From NCBI RefSeq assembly GCF_023055435.1, contig NW_025964223.1:5022001-5086000 (forward strand): a stretch of 64,000 nt of DNA, in the 5' to 3' direction. The translations under genes and the position numbers were made by a program. Shown here one piece after another: positions 52,504-64,000 of the stretch. Below the pieces are notes generated by a model. The model was not told the DNA's origin. It made no database searches and saw nothing but the letters and a program-made list of their open reading frames with translations. Source of the DNA: Haliotis rufescens. Its lineage: Eukaryota. The stretch's first letter is position 1. Each line of letters opens with the position of its first letter.

Positions 52504-54439
52504 TCTTGTGGACAAGCGAAACCCAATGTGCTCAACTCCTCTATCTGTGTAACAAGAAGAGTATGAACATAAATAAAGTCACAAATAGCGAATGTGTATT
52601 TTTTGTATTGATAATACTTAAAATGTAATACTTAGAATTTGTGAAGCTACTTTCTGGTACCCCAGCCGCTGGAATACTGGAATGTTCCTGAAAGTGGCGA
52701 AAACACATACATCCTCACGGAAATGTTCTGACGAGCTTGAGGCATGACGTGTTGATGATAACGCTTGCCAGGGATAGTCATCGAAACTTCACTTACTTCA
52801 GTAATTGAAACATGTGAAGAGAAAGCAGTAGTTGACTGAACACGTGTCACCGTGAGTAAGTGTCACTGTATGGGTGTATATGACTGTATGAACAAATAAT
52901 GCCCTTTAGAAATCGGTCACTTGTAACAAATGGTTTTTTGTTACACTTTCTGAGTAAAGTACAAATTGTAGTTCTTTTGGGATTCCATCTAGGCTTCGAA
53001 CCCAAACTCAGATTGAGGCACCTAATCGGAGTCTTACACAGTAGAATCTATTTCTAAGGTTAACCTTTTGGCCTTATAAGTGCCATTATTTAATATGTCA
53101 CTTACACTAACTTTTTTTTATTAATTTAAACAATTGATGTAATCATGCTTACCTATGTTAGGTATAACGCACGTGTAACTAGACATTCCTTACAATCGAC
53201 TCTGCTTGATGTAGATATTTGGATATGGAATGTTACATTAACATCCATCAATGATTACTCTTTTCCTTTGGATTCTCCAACAACTACCGAAGAGCCTAAA
53301 TTTTGGCTCAATTGTGTCACTAAGAGCATGGAGATACACGTCAAATACACCATAGAAGCACAGGGTGTAGTTATTGCATGAAGTATATAAAAGCATAGGG
53401 GAGACTTGAGTTATGAATTGGCAGATAGGCTATTACAGATATGCAGTACTGCAATGTGACTATCAGTGTACCAGGATGCTAACACATAATGGGGAGAGAA
53501 ATCACTGTTTCGCATTGTGGTCCGAAAGCATCACACATTAACCTCAGGAATAGTTTCTACTGTGTAAGAGTCCACATGTCACTATGTATTATATCAACTG
53601 ATCCTAACAAGGTTATCTCTTTAGTAAAGATACCCCTCTATTCTCTAGGACATCCTTTCTCCAATCACATAACATGGAAATACTTGTAAAAAATGCAATC
53701 CACAGGGTAGAATCTGATATTTGAACGCTAAAGTGACCTGTGAACCTGACCTGCGCATTCAATCTTGAGATCATATACATAATGGGCTTGTGCAAAAGAC
53801 AATCCTGACCTGAAGAGAGGTATTGCCTTCATCAGCAACAAATATAACATATGTCTTTATTTATATTTCGACTTGGGGTCGTGATTTCATGTGGTGCGAT
53901 AACATGCAACCCCTGCCTCCTGTTGTGTAACCCCTGCATCCAGGCATGCACCCCACTGATAGTGGTGATACCAGCTGTTCACGAAAAGGTTAGCGAATCC
54001 TGCTCAACTGGTGTCACCCGTCACAAACACGTGCAAAGGCAAGTCAATTGTTCATCTGAAATAGACTCGAGAACATACGGTACAAGTCAAAACAGAGAAT
54101 TACATTTGATTGCATCATGTTTGACACTGTTGCGTCAAATTTTGAAATGCCCCCCACATGCCAAGGATAAGACTTTTCGATAGTTTTACTGAGGCCTTGA
54201 ATGTTTTAACCTTGATCAAACAATTTTGGAGTCTTTCTACTATCTAAATATGCTATATAATTGTCCATATATATATCAGATTTGTTAGAGGCGCATAAAT
54301 AGCGGCAACAATTAATGTACAATTAAATAACTTTGGAATACTTTAGCTATCCTCACTATAAAGAATTTGAAAGATACCAGTTGCTTGAATAATGAGAATA
54401 AGAGAGTGTTTCGTATCAAATCATGATCGCAGCATGGTA

Positions 54440-56300
54440 CGACCACATACCATCAAAATGAACACCCATGGACAGGGGATTGTCAAGCATAGGAAATGCC
54501 TCCAACATCATCAGCCACAAACAGCAAGCCAATATTGACACCTACTTCACAAGTTCCACCTCCCTCAGTACTCTACTAAGAGCCAAAGGCAGGAACACAA
54601 CCAAACCCCCAGGGCCTAAAGGTGTAGTTTATACAATTGACTGTCTCTCTGTCTGTTTTGGAAGTTTAACGAACGCTTCTACCACTGGCAATTTCACGAT
54701 CGGGGTAGGTGGGGAAAATAAAAGAATAAATAATGTTTTAATACAGGTAAACAACATACCCAAAAAACTGTAAATGAAAAGGGCACTAACCTAATCCTAT
54801 ACAACTACGGCTATAATGTACAACAAGTGTATTAAGGTATAAATGAAAAGAGATAAGTTAAATGGTAATATATTAAGAGAGGTAAATTTTGAATGAATAA
54901 TTTAAGGCCTGAAAAGAGTAGAAAGTGCTATATAATCTATCCTAGTAATTGTAAGCTATACTTGAAGAAAAGGTAAAGCATAATGGGGTTGATATATTTG
55001 CAGTTAAGCTGCAATGTAGAATATGAGGTTATAATAAAGAACGAAAAAGGGTATAAGAGCCTAATGTAAGCCTAAACTGGCTGGGGTGGGGTATTGATTC
55101 ATATGTTGGTTATTTTAGGTGCATGTGGCGAGAGAGCCGGATAGGAGGGTACTAGCCAGTTTGAAGTCGAAGACAGTGAGAGGGTGATATTGTTTTTTAA
55201 TAAAGTGAGCTGAGGTGTTCATGAGGTGTTCAAGGGTTTTTGTTTTAGTAGAGGGAAGAGTGGCTGGTGTTTGTTGGGTCTGAGTGGATTGGGCTTGAGA
55301 AGGTATGATAGTAGGTGTACTTTGTTGAGTCTGTGTTGACCGGTCCGAATGGGGTGGGTGGGTGTGCTTGTGTGCTTACCTGAGCATACTTGCGCTTGCG
55401 CCTCGGTAATGGTCTCTGTGTGTGTGTGGTGGGGGGGGGGGGGGGGGGGGGGGGGGGCGATGGGTGATCGGTAGCTGTGCCTGAGGGTAGGTTTACGGGC
55501 TCTGAGTGTAGAGACGTGGTCCGAACTTTGGGCTTCTTGGGGTTGTTGGTGTCGAAGGAGATTTGGATGTACCTTAATCCACCAGATACATCGGCCGTGG
55601 GGGTGTAACTGGCCACCGTGTATGACAAGAGGGGTAGGATGACCACGACAAAGACACTGGGTAAGGAAGTGTTTATGCGTCGAACTTTTACAGACATGGT
55701 AATGATGTTGAAGCAGTAAGGCGAGGAGCTAGCGTGACAAACCAGCAGAGTGGAGCGACGACAAACCAGCGTGAGTAATATCCAAACACGAATGAATGAA
55801 CGAAAGTAACGAATAACCAATGAATGAATCAATTAACTGCAACTGTGGAAATCCTACGTAGGTGAAACATCACGCCCCATCAACACCAGGATCAAAGAGC
55901 ACAAAACCTCAACTATCAAATCAGACAGCCAATAAGCAATCTCGGACCATATCAGCAACTGCACTAATCACAACTCCAAGATGATTGGTAAATACCGCTC
56001 AAGAAACAAACTTATATTTTTCAAGAAATATTGATACGTCTTGGTTAATATATATACATACATAATACTAATATAAACTACACCTTTAGGCTTGAACCTC
56101 AACTATCAAATCAGACAGTAAATCAGCCATCTCGGACCATATCAGCAACTGCCCTAATCACAACATCAACTGGGACAACGTCCAAATCCTCTCCAACAAC
56201 CTCCATGATTTCACTAAAAGAAAACTAACAGAAGCAGTCCACATTCGCCGCCACCAGCCATCAATCAACAGACATCAAGGCTATTTCATCCCATCCGCCT
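54440..56300 (+). mobile_element. Penelope-like GIY-YIG remnant with nested insertion (unit Y copy)
   Basis: KGVVYTIDC ... YVGETSRPINTRIKEH, paralogous to 36400-38660. Confidence 0.78.
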
Positions 56301-57187
56301 ACTATGATTTGGTTGGTTTGTTGTTTAACGCCGCATTCAGCAATATTACAGCTACATGACGGCGGCCGTATACTATGAACTCATTAAGCAATAATCACTA
56401 CACCTACACAAACTTATTCTGTTTAGTTCCATTGGCTTCCACCTGTGTGTTCTCTGTCCATCATGTTGTAACAGTATTAGCCTTCTGTTGTCATTACTTA
56501 CTCATATTATCCCACTCACGTATGCAATTGTTGTTACTGTTAATCCTCTACCAACTATATATATTCTGTACCATGGTCTTCATTCAGCCTTGCTTGACAA
56601 CAGTTAAAAGGATCTATACGGAAACGTCGCCTTTACAGTATTAAAAATGTTGTTATCCATAAATTGTGTCTACTGTGCCATCCGTCAACTTCTATGTAAT
56701 GCCGATCAAACAATTGATTGTCAATCTGTTAGTATGTCAAACCACCTCAAGTTAAACATATCATTACTGCGATGTCATTAATTAATGTCATGTCTTTTAC
56801 GTTGATCACTATTGTGCAAGCCACTAGCATGGCTGCGTTTCTCACAAACCTAAAACAATAATAGGGGTTGATTCTGGGATTCAAACGCACGAGGCTGGTT
56901 CCTGGGAACCTGTATTAACGTCGTTCGGGACAAAATGACCAAAAAGATTAAATTTAGCACGTAGCCTTACAGTATGAGGAACACAAAAGGCCAAAAGTGG
57001 ACATGAGTGAGTGAGTGAGTGCTAACCCAAAACCTCAACACAGATTCCACAAGACATAAAGGGCAAAGTAGTGATGGACATTTACGAATGGATCACTAAA
57101 GATCGTTGATGTTGATGCGGTGTCGTCACTGATTTTAAGTGATCCATTCATATATCTTTCACCGCTAGTTTGCCTTTGTCGCCTCAT

Positions 57188-57324
57188 NNNNNNNNNNNNN
57201 NNNNNNNNNNNNNNNNNNNNNNNNNNNNNNNNNNNNNNNNNNNNNNNNNNNNNNNNNNNNNNNNNNNNNNNNNNNNNNNNNNNNNNNNNNNNNNNNNNNN
57301 NNNNNNNNNNNNNNNNNNNNNNNN
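57188..57324. other. Assembly gap (N run)
   Basis: Run of N. Confidence 1.
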
Positions 57325-58834
57325 TTAATGACGCACTCAGCAATATACTAGCCATTTGAAGGGTGTCTGTAAGTAATTGAGTGGTTGATATCGTTTTGGA
57401 ATTTGGAATCAATAAAACTAAGCAGAGAGTTCACAATAACGTGTGAAAGGAACATAGGATTTGATTGGACAAAAATAGAATTGTGAATCAGTTTCTTAAT
57501 TTTGAATCACTTAATAGTCAAATAACCTCAAGATTAATCTTTCAGCGCTGTTAAATCCGTACACATTAAATCCTCAAAACAGTAAGGAGTTTACAGTAAT
57601 CTGCTCCAGAACTAACAACAGGTAATGGGACTGTTGTGTATCGGGTCAACGACAATCACTTATTTATTTGCACATTCAAGTCGACTGCATGTGTTAGAGA
57701 AACGTGTTTAGGTTATAAAAAGGTTTTTATGGCTGCAACTGGTACGCTTATTGACATCCGGTCACGACTTTCACCATGACGTTCGTCATACACAGCCAGA
57801 AGCCTCATCATAAAAGTGTTTATGGTACATTACAGTGTTATTTAGCTTTTGGTGCTTGTAGAGAACAACATGTGCATCCTTCATTAGACAAAAAAAATGA
57901 CACAACAATACGACACACGACAAATCGTGTACTCATTTTATTATAATGTATAATATCACCGAAGGCATATCTTCAAGGGTTAACACTTAGTAAGTGGATA
58001 ATAAATCACTTGTAAATCCAAAAATCTGGCTACAGCATCGGTAGCTGATCGCCTCCATATGGAGCCCACATGATTCATCTCCCACGTAGAAAGAATTACA
58101 GAATCAATAATTAAGCATAAACAGCCGTTCAATATTAGAAATATATTTTATGAATATCTAAAAGTCAAGATATCGTTGTTAAGTTTAATTTATTGTCGAA
58201 TGAACCAGCACAATAATTGCATAAATAAAAGCGACAAAATCATTTCCATAATCATAAGAAATCTGTGCTACAAGCAGAGTCCGATGAACGATTCGACCCG
58301 ATGTTGTTTACTCAACACAGGTGCGTAAAAAGTATTCTGAACATTGTAAATAATATTTACAGATTAAAATATAGAAATGCCGCAAAGGGAGTTCGGGTGA
58401 TCCTGGCGCAGTCAGGCTGCCTAGTCAAACCTAACAAGAAAAACTTCAGAGAATGTGAGGACTTACCAACACTGCAGCCTTCTGCATTACCCAGATTGCC
58501 AAAGGGCTTTGTTCCTGGTCGCAGACCCGGGTACTCTCCCAATGACAGACTTTGTTTGTATATTTCTTTGAATTAGGCTACCCGACCGCCCCTGGAAAAA
58601 CATGAAAAAGCATTTAATGTTCCTGTTCGGGTGGGATGGTAACACAACTTAAATTTGTTCAAATACCTAAATTGGCTAAATTATTGTTGGATATATTGTG
58701 TGAAATACTACACATGCATACCCCCAAGGAACGCCAACCCACACAGACCGGTGATTTTTCACCTTTGTAATATTGACATGTGAAAACACCTGAAGGTAAA
58801 CATGTCGTCAGGTGTCATGTAATTACTGGCACGC

Positions 58835-58899
58835 TATATATACCCCACTCGGAATTACATTTGTACAATCCTTCGTCATTTAGCATTCAACTTGCAAAG
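58835..58899 (+). promoter_or_regulatory. TATA box and non-coding exon 1 of B2
   Basis: GCTATATATACCC (shared with the A genes); donor GCAAAG|GTAAAT at 58899/58900. Confidence 0.72.
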
Positions 58900-59594
58900 G
58901 TAAATATGTTTTATACTAATGTGTCATTGATGACCAGGGTTAGAATCATACTTCCGCAGCATTTCATCATTGATCGTAAGAGGCGACTACTCTTCTTCGT
59001 ATGGTCAGACATTTCCCATGAATGTCATGGCGTGGGTCGTTGCTTATTTGTTTGTAGTACTGGTTTTCCTTAAAGAGATTCATTTAGACTCAAATAGACC
59101 GCCGGGATATAGCTGGAATATTGCTGACTGTGGCATTAAATAACATTCACTCATTCGATAGGGCTTCCCCCTCGACCACCCCTGTGGCCTAGTGGTAGAG
59201 CGTCCGCCCAGACAGCGGTAGGTTCGGGCTGTGATTTTGTATCAAGGCTAAATATTTTTTGTCACCTTCAGCTAAAATTCCAGATTATTTTTTAATTTAT
59301 AACTGGGATGTTGATTTATTAAGGTAAAAAACACTTTACAACAATGTCTTCATTTTTCAACAATCTAAAGTATAATTATTTTTTCAAACATTTTCGGGGA
59401 CAATATATTTTTTTTGTCAATGTCAAATCCATAACACAGAGCCGACATTCGACGTACAGTGTGTCGATGCAGGACACAGGATACGTACATCGTATTTCTT
59501 AACATATAAGACCCTGATCATCTACTACATTGAATCATCAGTGTTTGTAATTATTGTCCTAATCATGAAATATTTGCGACTCGGTTCTACACAG

Positions 59595-61533
59595 ATGAAG
59601 ATCGCACTCGTTCTCCTGGTCTTGTCTGTCGTGGTGGCCCTGCCCGGGGCAGATTCCTGGGGAATAAGAAGAATAGTTCGTGATGTGGCCAGAACGGCGA
59701 CAAGGGTTGCCCGTACTGTCACGAACACGGCTTCAAGGGTTGTACGTACCGTTGGCAGAAGGCTTGTTGTTGGTGAGTAGGTTGTTTCTTGTATACCATA
59801 TTACATCGACACAATCTTGGCTAACCGTGCCCACGATAGTCCCCCATTACTCGTCCCCGGATGACGTGGTCTGCGCTCACCGTTTGCCTGGTTCAAACAA
59901 GATTATTTACAGGCAGTCCTCATAAAGCTGGAATAATACAGACTGGGGAATTAAACAACATTCAGTTTCACACTGAAGCGGAATCATGTAGTGTCGGGTA
60001 GAAATGGTGGTGTAGGAAAGTTGTTTTCTAAATTCTGTTTTCAAATTAATTAGCTACAAATATAATGTGTCAGCTTGTTGTGCAGATGGAATGACCGGAA
60101 CAAGTGTTAGGGAACATCGTATTCAAAATAAGGAATATCAAAATATTAAAGCTTCAAGACGAACAGGAAATCTATGCATAGAAATCTACTCTTTTGTATT
60201 TATGCATAGGTAACTTTTTGAAAGGGAAGGGGCCCAAATAAGCAAAATGCTCTCTCAGTCAATTTTAGCGCCTACACCAACATACGTCTGTGTGAGGGGA
60301 TCGTGGATGTGTGTGTGTGTGTGGGTGTGGGGGTGGCCGGATCCCTTGAAGAAACGATCTCAAGTACAGCTGATGTTGCAGGCATTGTCTCAGGGCTCTC
60401 AAGTATCTTTGAATTATATAACGTTTGTACATACCTAGGTAAGCGAGATATGACTGCGGGCGACGTTGATGATGACGTTGATGTCAGTGACGAGGAGATA
60501 CTGCAGACACTGGCAACTAGAGACGTGGAGGACCTCATCGAGAACAGCTTCATCTCAGGTAAAGGATGCAAATACCTTCTTGGGGGTACTGTCTCGTTTT
60601 GGCGCATACACGGCAAAGCGTGGACCAAGCTGTGATAAACTGTCGAATTGGAGTAATATTCAGTTCAGTCAATCATCTCCTCCTCCTGCCATCCATGGCA
60701 GACACTTAATTCATCAGGTGTAAATTCGGCAAGCAATGGTAATACCGTGAATGGTTCTCACTCAATTGGGTTCCAAAAAACCATGACATCACATGTAGTC
60801 CTTTTGTTTAAAGGGGCAGACAATGATTACTTCAGTCTCCACCAACGTCAACGCAGAGAGGATTTGGATCACGAGGAAGGTAACGTATTTCCCTTGATGC
60901 AATGATGCATTCCTGGTCTAAACTACCTGAATACTAAGAAAGCCATGGCATGGTACTTATATATCACCGGTGGTTACATATACTCAGCCCAACGGTTGCT
61001 AGGCATATGCATTGGAAGGAATCGCATTCTTTTCAGTACAGTAGTGGCATTGATCATGCAGTCAAACACACGGTACATTGGCTTTTGGCGTGTTGAACGT
61101 ACATGACTCCTCTGTTGACCTACGATATGGACTACGTATACTGAGGGCATTCTCGATTGTCCAGTGTATGTCTCCATTCTATTGGACCAATTTGCCATAC
61201 ACTGATTCGTGTCGGAAGTGACGTCACCAACCCCATCGTGTCAATAACCAAGTTTATTCTCTCATTTGTGTCATTGGGTTGGACGACTATTTCTAGAATC
61301 GTGTCATTCTAATTGTTCTCAGAATGATGATATGGAACGTGGCGTATTGGCCAAGAGTATTTATCAAATAATCGATAATCGAGGATGATCTGAGAGGTAA
61401 GTGAATGGTTTTTGACTTTGAAGTCAGCAATGTTCCAGCTATATCACGGGGCAACTGGGTATGATAATACGCGACAAACAGGCGGAGATGACATTCATGG
61501 ATACAGTTCTTATCTCCCTTTTTTCCAGAGTGA
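59595..61533 (+). CDS. Peptide gene B2 precursor (122 aa)
   Basis: Exons 59595-59772, 60439-60558, 60814-60879, 61529-61533; AATAAA 61605-61610. Mature peptide WGIRRIVRDVARTATRVARTVTNTASRVVRTVGRRLVV, then GKR, then DMTAGDVDDDVDVSDEEILQTLATRDVEDLIENSFISGADNDYFSLHQRQRREDLDHEEE*. Confidence 0.87.
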
Positions 61534-62767
61534 AGCGTTTCTGAAGACTCCTTGTTACCATCCCATACCCCGGATCCTGTTCGAAATGTGAAATTGATAA
61601 CATGAATAAAGTCAGGGCATTATAAACAATGAATTTGTAATTTGTGGTTAATTACCAATGTCGACGTACATTGTACGCAGAGCATCTTAGCAGACTTAGC
61701 CACGCGCTGACAAGAACAAGTGCTCTGGCGTTCACTTCACTGTCAGCATATTGACGGACTTCTGAGGTTTCCGGTTAACTGCTTCACAATTGAGTAATCT
61801 GATTTCTTGGCTTGTATTCTTGTTGTTTAACGCCGCAATCAGCAATATTCCAGCTATATGACAGCTTTCTGTAGATAATTGAGTCTGGACCAGACAATCC
61901 TGTGATTCCTGGGAAGCAACTCTGCACAACGTATTGTTGCACCTTAGACAATGTGGCCACCCGCGTCGCAAAATAAATACTAGAATCAGCTTGGAAAGTG
62001 CAAAGATCGAAGATAAAGAGCAATAAGTTCATTCTTATCCTGAAATTGTCATACTCTGTGAGCTACGGGTGTGTGCAAATATATATATTCGTGCTACGTG
62101 TATTAACGTCATTCGGGACAAAATGACCAAAAAGGTTAAATTTAGCACATAACCTTACAGTATGAGGAACACAAAAGGCCAAAAATGGACATGAGTGATT
62201 GAGTGAATGCTTACTGAAAACGTCAACACAGATTCCACAAGACATAAAGGGCAAAGTAGTGATGGACATTTACGAATGGATCACTAAACATCATTGATGT
62301 CGATGTTAAAACAAGAAGCAGTGTCGTCACTGATTTTAAGTGATCCATTCATATAACTTTCACCGCTAGTTTGCCTTTGTCGCCTCATGGAAAAGGGGCA
62401 TGACAGTAGTAGTAGTAGTAGTCGCCCAATGGAATTTGTTTTGGTGGATAATCGAGACTGGTTATTCTCTGGTGTTGACGGGGTTTTTTTATATAGTCGT
62501 CAACTAGTGATGACGTTGCCTTTTTCGCTGATGTTACTCTTTCGGTGTGGGTAATAAAATCTATCGTGTAGAAATAAGAAATTAAGAAAATAATAAGAAA
62601 TAAATGTTTGCAATGTAGAGCTAGGTCAACTGTCGATTTAACCGAACTAAATTGAATTTGGAACGGAAAGGGTAGCGTTAGATTCTACTCAGTTCTCGTT
62701 TGTCAGTCACCGGTTTTCCAATCATTATAACCACATGTGACTAAAACATCTGATTTGACTGCGACCC

Positions 62768-64000
62768 GTGAAGACTCGGATTAGAATAGGTCTTCAGCAA
62801 CCCATGCTTGCCGTAAAAGGCGACTATGCTTGTCGTAAGAGGCGACTAACGGGATCGGGTGGTCAGGCTCGCTGACTTGGTTTGATGCATGTCATCGTAT
62901 CCCAATTGCATGGATGGATGTCAATCACTGGATTGTCTGGTCGAGACTCGATTATTTACAGACCGCCGTCATAAAGCTGGAATATTGCTGAGAGCGGCGT
63001 TAATCAACAAACAAACAAACAAACTGTGTGTATATGAGTTTTCAACATTCTATAATATACAGTTTGGTCGAAAATGTCAAGGAAAACGACCACGATTGCA
63101 GATAAATATCATTTAGTCTCTGTAGAAAAGAACTGATAAATACACTTTCAGTTGGTACAGATTGTGCATACCAAACATTTCCAAAACCATTATTGAACAC
63201 AATTTTTCACATCTGTTATCAGTTTTTCTTTCCATTCGTATCTTAATCATGTTATTTGTCACATTTCTTTTGATATCTCAATGAATTCATTTTCAGGGGT
63301 TTCAGCCAGTACTTTATGACTTTAAGCTGTGAATATATAAATAGAGGAAATCGACCACATTCTCCATAAACCATTGCGTGAGATGTATTGGTTTTTACAC
63401 CAAGAAATCTTTTACATGCATACAAATTTTTCGATATTACTTAATTGTTTTATTCCCCATATTTCAGCACCGTAAAGTAAAATTGGTTTAATTTCAACAT
63501 AACAAATCTTAAAGAACTTGTATGACATGCAACGTTTATAACCAAGGACTTTTATATTCTTCAAAATACCAAATAAAATCTTTTTGACGTGGACTGATGC
63601 TTCTCTGGCATGTATAGACCAATTTAGATTTTTACTGAAAAACACTCAAATAATTATAGTATGTAGTTACATTCTTTAAACGATTCAACTGTTCACGTTC
63701 AGCATGAAACCGTTCATTATTGTATTTACCTCTTCCAGCTGGCTTCTTCGTGTCATTTGCCGCGGCACATAATGCATCTGTATTAAACTCAATACTTCTA
63801 TCAATGTCACTAAATCTCATATCAACTGATTCATCAAGTAATTCTTGTATATGATCGGTAATGTTTTCCCTAAATAATTCAAACTTTTTGAAGTACAGTT
63901 TTGATCTACATGAGTTTTGATTGTTGCCAGTGTTATTTGCACGGAAGATGAGGTGACTCTACACGTGGTTAGAAAAGTCATTGGCAAGCTAAAACAGTGC
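62768..64000 (+). repeat. Start of a third segmental duplication unit (SINE plus LINE fragment)
   Basis: Near-identical to 45048-46295 and running off the window end. Confidence 0.85.

Larger units (their letters stand above)
45048..62767 (+). repeat. Segmental tandem duplication unit Y (contains A3 and B2)
   Basis: Collinear with unit X; boundaries approximate. Confidence 0.85.

Overview
Eukaryotic, intron-containing, repeat-rich DNA. The SINE and Penelope-like repeats suggest an invertebrate, probably a mollusc, but that is inference. The left part (about 5.6-15 kb) holds a type I membrane protein gene: signal peptide, one Ig-like domain, a ~1,126-codon Ser/Thr mucin exon with 67 x 27-bp repeats, a TM helix and a short tail. 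The main feature (19.9-61.6 kb) is a tandem cluster of five paralogous secreted-peptide genes in two subfamilies (A1, A2, A3; B1, B2), which the ORF track shows only as fragments. Manual splicing gives 113-130-aa precursors. Each has a 21-aa signal peptide, a 29-46-aa Cys-free, highly cationic amphipathic peptide starting with Trp, a Gly-Lys-Arg amidation/cleavage site split by an intron, and a 60-aa strongly acidic propeptide with an EF-hand loop (canonical in A, degenerate in B). This looks like a candidate new family of amidated alpha-helical antimicrobial/cytolytic peptides with a Ca2+-binding anionic propiece. The cluster is expanding as an ~18-20 kb A+B tandem unit, with a third unit starting at ~62.8 kb. 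B1 has lost its promoter, and A2 has a chimeric intron with a decoy acceptor. The window also contains Tc1, R4/Dong-like, other LINE, Penelope-like and SINE remnants, satellites and two assembly gaps. All gene models are manual and unverified by transcripts.
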